A stretch of DNA of 64,000 nucleotides from Pecten maximus (taxonomy: Eukaryota), in contig NC_047024.1 in NCBI RefSeq assembly GCF_902652985.1, positions 26,474,001 through 26,538,000 of the forward strand. Reading direction: 5' to 3'. Positions 13,691-23,639 of this stretch are shown piece after piece; positions within the stretch are counted from its first letter, which is position 1, and every line of letters starts with the position of its first letter. The notes under the pieces are model-generated. The model was not told the DNA's origin. It saw nothing but the letters and a program-made list of their open reading frames with translations, and made no database searches. The position numbers were made by a program, and so were the translations under genes.

Positions 13691-15184
13691 ATGCCTCATC
13701 ACTGCTGTGTGCCACATTGTACAAATAATTCCAAGACAAAAGATGGTTACTCTTTTCATACATTCCCTAAAGACCCTTCAGTGGCAAAAAAGTGGGTGAT
13801 TGCTATACGCAGAGATCAAGGTGCAGATTTTGATATCAACAAAGAGACAAGAGTATGCTCCGTTCACTTTAACGCAGACTCTTACCATCCTACCACTGCT
13901 ATTCATGTTCGAAAACGTTTGCGAGGGACTGCTGTACCATCAGTATTTCAATGGACTGTACAGAAACCCGTCAGAAGGAAACTCAGCCTTCTCATGAAAA
14001 GTCCAAATTGTGGAAATGTAGAATCCAACAATACAAGTTTCCCAGAAAAACATGTTTTGGAAAGCTGTAATAATGATTGTGATGAGCCTTTGCTTGTAGA
14101 CCAGCCTTTTAGTAGTGAGGATAGTTTAACAAATGTGGATTGGGCTGAATCTCCAGACAAGAGTAAATTAAAAGAAACCAACAGTGTTCTACTTCACATT
14201 AGGAACAAAGAGAAGTTTTCAATTCTACGGTTTTGTAATTCCGATTCTGATATCAGATATTACACAGGATTTTCATCATACCTAGCCTTACACTGTTTCT
14301 TCACATTCTTACAACCGGCTTGTAGCTTTTTGTACTATGTAGGGACAGACAACACATCTGAAGGGACACCTTACATATTTCTCAACAAACGTGGAAAGTC
14401 CAGATCCTTGTCGCCTATGGAAGAGTTATTTGTAACTCTTGTTCGTCTTCGGAAAGGTTTACCAGAAAAACATTTAGGTGACCTGTATAACCTTTCTGAG
14501 GGACATGTGTCAAAAATACTCAACACTTGGATTGCTTTTCTTGACAACAGACTGTCTTCGCTACCAATTTGGCCACAAAGAGATCATGTGAATAACACCA
14601 TGCCAGCAATTTTCAAGACATATTTTTCCTCTACTCGAACCATAATTGACTGCACAGAAATATTCATAGAACACCCATCTGCCTCGGAGTGTCAGCGGGA
14701 GACATTTTCCTCGTACAAACATCACAACACTGCAAAGGGTCTCATTGCCATCGCACCAAGTGGCCAAATCACATTTATTTCTCCGCTCTACTCTGGGCGA
14801 TGTTCAGACAAGAAAATAATTCGCCATTGTGGATTGTTGGACCTGATAGAGGAAGGAGATGGTGTCATGGTTGATCGCGGCTTTGACATTACAACAGATC
14901 TTGAAAACAGGGGTGCTCATCTTATAATGCCTGCCTTTTTAAGTGGAAAAGACCAATTCACTCCTGATCAGTTATCTCAATCCAGAGAAATAGCAACAGT
15001 GCGCGTCCATGTTGAGAGGGCTGTGAGGAAGATCAAAGAATTTGAAATTCTGAGACACACAGTTCCCATCACATTGTGTCCTATGCTTGAAAAGATATGG
15101 AATATTTGTGGACATTTGGCTAATTTCTCAGGGAGTGGAACATTGTTTAGACAACCCAAAGATGTCTCCACTTGTAAAGAATAA
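13691..15184 (+). CDS. Transposase: THAP zinc finger + HTH + DDE (Harbinger/ISL2EU DDE_Tnp_4 type), 497 aa
   Basis: THAP CCVPHC...W...VCSVHF...AVPSVF; HTH LSPMEELFVTLVRLR...VSKILNTW; catalytic IIDCTE, VMVDRGF, RVHVERAVRKIK; FSSYKHHNTAKGLI motif; uninterrupted ORF. Confidence 0.96.
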   Translation: MPHHCCVPHCTNNSKTKDGYSFHTFPKDPSVAKKWVIAIRRDQGADFDINKETRVCSVHFNADSYHPTTAIHVRKRLRGTAVPSVFQWTVQKPVRRKLSLLMKSPNCGNVESNNTSFPEKHVLESCNNDCDEPLLVDQPFSSEDSLTNVDWAESPDKSKLKETNSVLLHIRNKEKFSILRFCNSDSDIRYYTGFSSYLALHCFFTFLQPACSFLYYVGTDNTSEGTPYIFLNKRGKSRSLSPMEELFVTLVRLRKGLPEKHLGDLYNLSEGHVSKILNTWIAFLDNRLSSLPIWPQRDHVNNTMPAIFKTYFSSTRTIIDCTEIFIEHPSASECQRETFSSYKHHNTAKGLIAIAPSGQITFISPLYSGRCSDKKIIRHCGLLDLIEEGDGVMVDRGFDITTDLENRGAHLIMPAFLSGKDQFTPDQLSQSREIATVRVHVERAVRKIKEFEILRHTVPITLCPMLEKIWNICGHLANFSGSGTLFRQPKDVSTCKE

Positions 15185-16407
15185 AGACACATTGATAATG
15201 CTCTCATGTTTAATGAAATGTCAGATTCTTTTCATATATGAACACTTTATAATATGATACATATAAAACATGTTTCCATGGTGATCAAAGTTTCAAAAAT
15301 ATTATGTTGAATTTTGTACAATTTTTGTGACAATAAAATGCATTTTCAAATACTGTCATAGTAGTAATACCATGAAAAAATTCCAAGCAAAAAAGTTTGT
15401 AAATAATACATTTCTACAAATGAAATATCAGAAATTGTCCAACCGATATTCATATCATCATATATATGCATCAAACATTTATCACTAGTCATACATTGTA
15501 ATATTCCAGTTGTTGTCTAGATCTATAAAAATGTATTGAAGAAATTTTATATTATCACAAGTGATGATATAGGACAACTTGGATTTCACTGCATCCTTTC
15601 TTAAGTTAATCTTTTTTCACTGTTGAAAATATAAAAATAATCTGTCTAAATTATAAACTATATTGAACCATGTATATGAAATGTCAGCATAGCGCAGGAA
15701 ATGAATATTGTTCACATATTTTTAAACTTACTCTTTACAAGAAGTAATGACTATAAATAAATAATTTAACTAAGAAACTGTGAAATTGAATGTGGACTAA
15801 AAATACAAAATTCAATAGTAACAACTTTCATTTTAATTTTTACATGTTACAAGTCATAATTAAAAAATATCACAATTCAATGTCTTAATGACTATGAAAC
15901 TAATAACAGTATTTCAACAAAAATTCTGTACAGTACAATTGTGACAATGGACATAATTTGTATGACTTGTGCTTGTATTCAATTTTATGCTACCATACAT
16001 GGTTTAAGATTGTACTAGTGTACACTGAAACCATCAATATATATGTACATTGTGCTTTTAACACGAGACATGCATATGTCCTACACTAACTATCATATTG
16101 AACATTACATGTATATGTGTCAGTCACGAGTGCAAAAAAGGAATATAATGTATGAAATATCCTATGTAAAAATTAGAATAAATTTTGTTTTCCCCAAGTC
16201 ACTTTTGTACATGTTGTATGTAAAACCCATCTGCACAGACATGTGATAATTATGATAATCAACACATTGAAAGAATCTAGTCAACATGCGAAAATATATG
16301 GCTACACACCATTTTTCAATATACATAAAGTAAAGTTTGTATTTAAAATGTCAGTCTGGATGGGTATTGCATGTGCCTCTTGTACTAAACAATACAAGTC
16401 GAGACCT

Positions 16408-18126
16408 TCACTGATCTTTTGTGCGGAGACAATCAACAAAATGTGGGAGCAAATGGCTGAAATAGATACTGTTGAGTTTAGGCAACATATTAGAACAGAA
16501 AAACTCTGAATCACGATGTATCTCTACTATGGCAATGTCTTCCGGAGGAACGAATACTACAAAGTCACACTTCTCTATTCCACACAAATTCAGTTGTCCT
16601 TGCACTTGATAAAAGTAGTCGTGGGATTTTTTGAGTTGGATTTCACCAGTTGTCGGGTTTTTTTCCAAATAAAAGTTTTTCTCCTTCATTTGTGATAATA
16701 TACTTGTCTTCTTCTTGAATACAGAGTATGGACATTTGATTTCCACCAGTCTAATCTCATTGTTGACTTTTACTAGTCTATCAGGTGTCACTCCAAGATG
16801 GGGTAGTTTGGGGTTTACAACAAGACCAACTGGTGAACTAGCACATGGTTTTTCCTTTTGATACAAAGCCAAGGCTTGAGCTTCATAATTGATACCGTGA
16901 CGGACACTTTTTGACGTGAAAAACTTCTTCTTTTGTTGAAACGTATTCACAGGGTCTGTTGTATTTTTCAGGCGACAAAAAACACCAAAGTTAGATGCAG
17001 TAATACGGTATTGTCTCTCATTAAACCAGAATGAAGTCTTGCTCTGTAGCCTTGTATTTTTCTCTATGAACTTGGCTCTTTGGGTGTCTACACTCACATT
17101 AACTAGGTAATGTTGCTGGATGTCTGATTTGAGTGCCTGTGGCAATTCTATTTCACTGAAGCTAGTATTGTCAACCATCTCAAACAAATCTGCGTCTAGG
17201 TTTACATCACAGCGTTGCCTACATGCCACAGGTTTGAAATTGTTTTCTCGAATGGTGTCCAACACTGGAAGGTTTAAACCTGATGCATCAAACAGGTTAA
17301 CAAGTTTGGTTAGATCATTACCTGTAACAGATCTGGCAAACTCGGGCACAGGGTTATGAGTAGCTGCAGCTGCACACAAATCCTTCTTCACGGTCTTAAA
17401 CGGATCATGTTTGACAAAGTTGATGTCTCTGAACAGAAGAGGCTCATCAGACGTTGGTTTTCTAACATGCCACAATTGCAACTTGTCTGTGCATGTTTTC
17501 ACATCGGGCATTGTTTTTACATCCTGGCGGTGAAAGTCAATAAGACAGAACAATGTGGCTACAAGGTGCTTACATTGCCCATCTATTCCTGCTGGACATG
17601 AGCATGTCCCCCACTTTAATTTTGTTCCTCCATGTTTCAGGCACATGTATATGTTATAAGTTTTCTGCTTCATTGCAGCTTGGCATTGACCTCTGAAATA
17701 TATCAAGTTTCCAGTTGTGGTACTGCTCAAACCTGTTATTTTTCCCTCTCGGAATAGTGTCCAGCCTTCAACCCTGTGGCGTTTTGTTTTCACAAAGTCA
17801 AGAACACTTTCATCGATGTCCTCAATAGGGAAATCTTCACCCCATCCTGTCGTTGGTGCCACGCGTCCTTGAAAACTAAGGAGTCCTTTTTTTGAAATTA
17901 AAGGGTTTATTTTCATTAGTTCACAGCAGCCAGGACAAAACCATTTTGCAATGTTCTTAGCTTCTTCTTCATCAAGATCAACACAAGATGGATGGAACCA
18001 ATCATCACAGAGATCACATCTAACCATTATTTTTTCTGGATCTTCTGGGGTCTTGCAAACACAGTGCAGTGTACGGTCAGTAGATGCAGACTGGTTCATC
18101 TCCTCATGATTTCTTTTTCGAGACAT
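16408..18126 (-). CDS. PHD finger - SWIM zinc finger - YqaJ/lambda-exonuclease (PD-(D/E)xK) protein, 572 aa
   Basis: PHD C4HC3 CVC...MVRCDLCDDWFHPSCV...WFCPGC; SWIM CSCPAGIDGQCKH; YqaJ WFNERQYRITASNF, HGINYE, GVTPDRLV...VEIKCPY, YFYQVQGQL. True start is likely MSRKR at 18126, because the upstream MCLFIFVYLY stretch is a polypyrimidine tract and acceptor (exon starts 18145). Confidence 0.94.
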   Translation of the reverse strand: MSRKRNHEEMNQSASTDRTLHCVCKTPEDPEKIMVRCDLCDDWFHPSCVDLDEEEAKNIAKWFCPGCCELMKINPLISKKGLLSFQGRVAPTTGWGEDFPIEDIDESVLDFVKTKRHRVEGWTLFREGKITGLSSTTTGNLIYFRGQCQAAMKQKTYNIYMCLKHGGTKLKWGTCSCPAGIDGQCKHLVATLFCLIDFHRQDVKTMPDVKTCTDKLQLWHVRKPTSDEPLLFRDINFVKHDPFKTVKKDLCAAAATHNPVPEFARSVTGNDLTKLVNLFDASGLNLPVLDTIRENNFKPVACRQRCDVNLDADLFEMVDNTSFSEIELPQALKSDIQQHYLVNVSVDTQRAKFIEKNTRLQSKTSFWFNERQYRITASNFGVFCRLKNTTDPVNTFQQKKKFFTSKSVRHGINYEAQALALYQKEKPCASSPVGLVVNPKLPHLGVTPDRLVKVNNEIRLVEIKCPYSVFKKKTSILSQMKEKNFYLEKNPTTGEIQLKKSHDYFYQVQGQLNLCGIEKCDFVVFVPPEDIAIVEIHRDSEFFCSNMLPKLNSIYFSHLLPHFVDCLRTKDQ

Positions 18127-18304
18127 GGTTACTTGTTGTTGGTACCTATATAAGTAAACAAAAATAAATAGACACATGAAGATTAATAAGGTTAAAGCTT
18201 ATCAATAAATAATAGTACAGCTTATGATATCGTAACATATTAAGCTTTTCCATGGTAATATTAGCTGTTTATATTATAATAAACCATTAAGACTATATGC
18301 ATGT

Positions 18305-18683
18305 ATTTATTGCATTTTACTGACAGAAATCCTATATTATCACTAGTGATGATATAAGGTTGTTGACTGTACTGCATGGAAGAAATCTGATAAAATCACT
18401 AGTCATAATCAAATGTAAGATTTCTTGAATTCAATGCATTAACATAAAAGATACATTCAATGTGCTTTCAGATGTCTGCAAATGCATTTTAAGTTTAACT
18501 GCAAATGCAATAAACAGAAAATTTAATAATTTCTCGTTTGATATAAAATATATATCACTTGTATTTCAGATTTTATAATTAGATAACACTTGTGCTACAC
18601 ACTCGTGAAAATATAATTTATAAATAAATCTGTCATACTCATGAAATATATCTTATATTAAATAGGTAACTCTGAATATCCTC
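18305..18683 (-). repeat. Decayed palindromic repeat nested in the putative intron of the YqaJ gene
   Basis: Ends (ATTTATTGCATTTTAC... and ...GAATATCCTC) and internal TCACTAGTGA and CACTCGTGAAAATAT resemble the reverse complement of the 22152-22580 element. Confidence 0.5.
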
Positions 18684-18936
18684 ATTGATTCCTATGAGCC
18701 ATATATATATCAAAATATTCAAAAGCAGATTTTACCCTGTTCTTAAATAGGCCTAATAAACAACATAACTGAAGATATATATATTTGTCATTATAACATA
18801 AAACAGGGCCAAAAACAAAACATCAACATGACTGCTAAAAATCTTTTTTTATTTTTGGTTAAAAAAATATTTTCATCATCATGTTTTGTCATTATCAACC
18901 TCTTGATGTCACGTGACTCTACCTGCTCGAAATATA

Positions 18937-19422
18937 AAATGGCGGCATTCAAAACACCTTTCAAACTTACCTGTAATGTTACCTGGTGCAAATAGTATTT
19001 ATGGATATATCGTTATTTATTTCGCTATCATCGTTATGATGCCGTCATTTCATAAGCAGTGACTGATTCTATTCGATCTATACAAATCAAGAACTAATAA
19101 ATGAATCGTGAATCATACAATGACCGATTTTTAATGCTACACCTGTGTAAATGAGTTACATAGCATTCTGCAGGGTTTCTCACCTGGGGTATTTGAACAA
19201 GTGTATATCGGTCTTATATCGCCTTATTTCCTTATAAAATCATTCCAAAATAAAGACTTACTTACCTATATACGCATTTAAGCACGAAGATTTTCTGGAA
19301 AAAGTCTAATTTGACGCGTAGCGCTGATAAAACACTAAAAACATGTGCTGTGACACGGACACACCATACGCCGCCATCTTGGATTATGATCCGCCAGGTG
19401 GCGCTGAATTGGAAAGTGGCCA
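18937..19422 (-). repeat. Right TIR (486 bp)
   Basis: Reverse complement of 13005-13490. Confidence 0.97.
19260..19406 (-). promoter_or_regulatory. Putative TIR-embedded promoter and non-coding first exon of the YqaJ gene
   Basis: Mirror copy of 13021-13167: CTCF-like 19391-19406, YY1 19370-19381, donor GT at 19265-19264; acceptor TTTGTTTACTTATATAG| before 18145, 19 nt upstream of ATG 18126. Confidence 0.6.
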
Positions 19423-20224
19423 ATTAAGCAAACCTGTGTAACGACGTTCTTAAGAAGTTTACACAGGTTTTGCGGAATTCCATATCCTTTAAATCGCCGG
19501 AGTCACGCATGGTCAGGCTACAAAAATAAATATTCGTTAACATACAATACATGATGTTGTTTTAACTAATTACGTGTGTAAAACAAGTCCATTCTTGTCG
19601 ATTCATGTCCATACCTGGCTCAGGACTTTATTTCTGTTTACCTATGAGTTTGAAATAGGTTACGCACCGAGTTTTGTGGATCATGACACGGAGATCTTGA
19701 ATATGTAAGCCAAATTTATAAGACTGAGTCGAGCAAGAGGGTTACAAAGAAGATTGAACAAGGGATTATTGTTGTATTGGAATTAGTGATTAAGGATTGC
19801 TGGAGTATTCGCGAAAGAAGATTATTGGAGTTCTTACGAAAGGCTCAATTTTCGAAATTTTAAAGAACAGGCTATTTAAGTAGAGCAACAATGTTACTGA
19901 GTATTACATACTGGAAAAGACCCGAGATGTTCCTGGGGAGGGGGAGCCAAACCCATCTGTTCACTAACATAGTCCGATGGGAGACGATAATATGCACACA
20001 ACCGACCTAGGGGTATTCTCTAAATAATTGAATCATTCTTTTCTGGAACATTGTTGTCAGATCAAGGGGCGGGGCAGTTATCCACAAAAGCTGCCCCCAA
20101 AATTCATAGCTTACTTTACGTCACACCTACAGGGGCCTGGACATTACCTTACGGCCTGTTAAGATGGCGGTCTGTTCAAATCGCAGTACGTCCGTTGTCC
20201 GTCCTAATCTATATCCTCTAATCT

Positions 20225-20402
20225 GGTCGGGTGGCACAATAGTAACGCTCTTGTCTTTCACCTAGGCAGTCGGGGTTCGATTCCCCGATCGGAAGTGTAA
20301 AGGTACATGTTTGGGGCCATAAGCTGTCTGACCACATGTGTTTTCTTAGGGTACACCGGTTTCCTCCCAGAACACACCTCGCCTGGTTCCACCCGGGCCA
20401 AC
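20225..20402 (+). mobile_element. tRNA-derived SINE (family 1)
   Basis: A box TGGCACAATAGT, B box GGTTCGATTCC, central GGGTACACCGGTTTCCTCCCA domain. Confidence 0.75.
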
Positions 20403-21215
20403 TTAAAACTGCTTGATAAAAGTTTTACAGGTAATTTTGCTAGCTAATACATCTCTGTACGTCGAGGTCATACTGTCACTGAAACAAAATGGCGGCGCCC
20501 ATGCAAAATCATAATCTGTGCTACAAATAATTGTTAGTATGGGCGATCTAAATTTCATATACGCTTTCAGGGGATGCTGATAAACAAAACTGTTAAACAC
20601 TTTCTTTATGATTTTTATTCTTTTTTTTTATCTTAAATATTCTGGCGTAAACACAGGAATGTACTACATGTAATACGCTAAGGTCTGGCGCAGTCATGTG
20701 TAACACAAATAAAAAAATAAAATCTCTTTGGTCGGACACCTGTTCGTGGAAAAGGTATAGTACAAGTTTTATCAAAAGAATATATCATACAATGTAAATG
20801 TAATTTCATACGGCATTCAAATAAAAATGCTGACTGGCATGGCTATTTTACCCAGGTAAAGCCAATTTCAAATATTCACATTAAAATTCCTCAATTTTTT
20901 CGGTGCTTTTGGCGTAAAATTACAGGGACAGTTTATGAGTAAAATACGTCGTCGTCAATACAAAAGTATATACGTGTGTATTGTATGCAAGATTTAGTTG
21001 CCCTTAGCTTAAAGGGAAATGTCCTGTTTTCACTTCCCTTTCTATATCTCTATCCCCTCCAGATTGGGTGTTCCTGTGCTCGATCCCTTCTGGTGACTCA
21101 CGCCTTCTCTCCTTTATCCGTCTATACCAAGCCCCTTTTGTTCCTCACTCTCCATCCGCTTCCTTTCCGACCTTCTTTGTTGCTCTATTATCACTCAATA
21201 CACCCCCCCCCCCCC

Positions 21216-21664
21216 TCCTACACTCCAGTCACCACTCCTGACCGGATATGTCCTCTGTACTCTGTATCCTCCCCACATCCCTGTTATATCCCTACACTCC
21301 AGTCACCACTCCTGACCGGATATGTCCTCTGTACTCTGTATCCTCCCCACATCCCTGTTATATCTCTACACTCCAGTCACCACTCCTGACCGGATATGTC
21401 CTCTGTACTCTGTATCCTCCCCACATCCCTGTTATATCTCTACACTCCAGTCACCACTCCTGACCGGATATGTCCTCTGTACTCTGTATCCTCCCCACAT
21501 CCCTGTTATATCCCTACACTCCAGTCACCACTCCTGACCGGGTATGTCCCTCTGTACCCTCCCCACATCCCTATTATATCCCTACACTCCAGTCAGCACT
21601 CCTGACCGGATATGTCCCTCTGTACTCTGTACCCTCCCCACATCCCTATTATATCTCTACACTG
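21216..21664. repeat. Minisatellite, 74-bp unit, ~6 copies
   Basis: Unit CTACACTCCAGTCACCACTCCTGACCGGATATGTCC...; staggered ORFs start 74 nt apart (21248, 21322, 21396, 21470). Confidence 0.95.
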
Positions 21665-21798
21665 ATCTAGCCCTCTCTCCTTGTCCCAATCCCCATCATT
21701 TTGTCAGCAATTTAGCTTGGCATTTGTTTAAAAAACCTGTCTGGTATCCATGTAATCAATGCCCAAACGGAAACACGTCGGTTCGCACATGTGTTTTA

Positions 21799-22001
21799 AA
21801 TTAAATTGTTTACGATGTAGGGAAGTGTCGGTTCATACCTGACCCTGGCTGTTAATAGGACGTTAAACCAAACCAAACCAAACCAAACCGGTTTATACAG
21901 TACCTGGAGAGGGAAAGTGAAAGTAACCTGGAGAGGGAAAGTGAAAGTAACCGCTAGAGCGCTGAGAATAATATATATGATGACTGGCCCACTCAACGGC
22001 T
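21799..22001 (+). repeat. ~200-bp local duplication, copy 1 (SINE 3' tail + two GAAAGTGAAAGT motifs)
   Basis: Near-identical to 23341-23564. Confidence 0.9.
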
Positions 22002-22151
22002 GTTTAGTTTTTATTTCATCCAAATGCAAAACAAGCATATAGGGAACAGTACAAACATTTTCGTAATGATCATGACATAGACAAGCATAAGATGACGGAG
22101 GACAATATTACCATCAATACTAATGGGATGTACAAGACATGTTGTAACTAC

Positions 22152-22580
22152 ATAGAGGATATCTAACAGCCTCTTCAGTAATACCAAATATATTTCACGA
22201 GTGGGGCTAATATTTTGATATTTTTTTACGTGTGCGCAGCACGAGTGAAAAATATCAAAATATTAGCCACACGAGTGAAATATATTTGGTATCACTGAAG
22301 ACACTGTTAGATATTCTGTTTATTACATTTTTTATCAACGAAAAACCTACCCCGTATGCTAACTAGGCCTACAGCGATAATTTGTAAACAAAAAAAGTAG
22401 TTCCCCCTGTCCAGGTGCTGACATATATGTTTGACTTTCTGATTGGTCAATTATTTTGGTATTTTCTAATCATTAATTTGATTGGTCAAATCAGCAAAAG
22501 TGATATTTTTCACTAGTGAAAAATATCACTTTTATAGAATGAATAATTTTTGATATTTCACTGGTAAAAATGTAATAAAT
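22152..22580 (+). mobile_element. Non-autonomous palindromic element, copy 1 (possibly Crypton-derived)
   Basis: ~165-bp hairpin at the 5' end (AGGATATCTAACAG...CTGTTAGATATTCT) and a second palindrome GTGATATTTTTCACTAGTGAAAAATATCAC; near-identical inverted copy at 37152-37516. Confidence 0.75.
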
Positions 22581-22779
22581 TGTGTTATCAATATACACTG
22601 TAAACTCACCAGTTTTAACTTATTGAATTATATGACAAAACCGTGACGTCATACATAGTAACGATACGTCATAACGGATTACCTCATACTATATAAAAAG
22701 CTACAGAAGCAACAGTGACACTGATGAAAAATGATGAATCAATAATAGCAACAAACTCAGATCAATTTAAATACTTGCA

Positions 22780-23340
22780 AGCAGGGCTTTTCTTTTCGCT
22801 GTAGCACGAAACAAATACTTACCCAACATATTCAAAATTTTAACACTTTTACTCGAGAATAATTCAATAAACTTATACACACTTGGTCGACAATAAAAAA
22901 TACTTTTTGATGTATGTCGCCCTTAATTCGGAATATGCCGGACAGAGAAGTACAAAATGTACTTTATCCTCTACGTCATTTTTATTACAGACAGTACAAA
23001 TCCTCTGATTTCTAGGGATGTTATTATAACGCCCAGACTCGATATTAAGACTGTGACATTGCATACGAAATTGGCTTAAAAACTTCTTAAATCTATGATT
23101 GATAGGTTTAATTAGATAAAACTGAGTACAGAAGGAATCCACTATATGTTTATACAAATAACATTTGGGGGATACATCAAAAGCACTATACAATTCTTGA
23201 ACAAAAACATCATGAATACGTTGGGTTGTATATTTGCAAAAAAAAATGATTTTCATTTAAAACACATTGATTTTCCAAACATATCCAAATCCTAAACTAC
23301 AAAGTTCATACTTAATATGATAGACCCAATTAGTTTTACG
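22780..23340 (-). pseudogene. 3' fragment of a LINE ORF2 (RTE-X/CR1-like)
   Basis: FRMQCHSLNIESGRY...RICTVCNKNDVEDKVHFVLLCPAYSELR is a typical C-terminal CCHC region; HIKYELCSLGF resembles the 38213-38740 fragment. Confidence 0.8.
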
Positions 23341-23564
23341 ATTAAATTGTTTACGATGTAGGGAAGGGTCGGTGTATACCTGATCCTGGCTGTTAATAGG
23401 ACGTTAAACAAAATAAACCAAACCAAACCAAACCCAACCAAACCCAACCGGTTTATACAGTGCGGAGAGCGAAAGTGAAAGTAACCTGCGGAGAGGGAAA
23501 GTGAAAGTAACCCTAGTCTAGAGCGCTGAGAATAATATATATGATGACTGGCCCACTCAACGGC
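23341..23564 (+). repeat. ~200-bp local duplication, copy 2
   Basis: Near-identical to 21799-22001. Confidence 0.9.
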
Positions 23565-23639
23565 TTTACATAACGAATTGTTATTTGAATTGTTTATTCA
23601 ATTTATAATCTATAATTATCAATGATTATTTATATTCAC

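Larger units (their letters stand above)
13005..19422. mobile_element. Intact autonomous ISL2EU-type DNA transposon (PIF/Harbinger-related), 6418 bp
   Basis: 486-bp TIRs. Flanks read caAT|TGGCCA...TGGCCA|ATtaag, i.e. an AT TSD (alternative reading: AATT TSD with GGCC ends, same empty site CAATTAAG). Encodes a DDE_Tnp_4-type transposase and a YqaJ exonuclease, the known ISL2EU gene pair. Confidence 0.93.

Noticed and set aside
13800-17601. Small overlapping or antisense ORFs within the transposon genes
   Set aside because: Shadow frames of the two long ORFs with no independent features.
18127-18177. N-terminal hydrophobic MCLFIFVYLY extension of the YqaJ ORF as a signal peptide
   Set aside because: It coincides with a polypyrimidine tract and AG acceptor; the protein is otherwise nuclear-type, so the start is more likely 18126.
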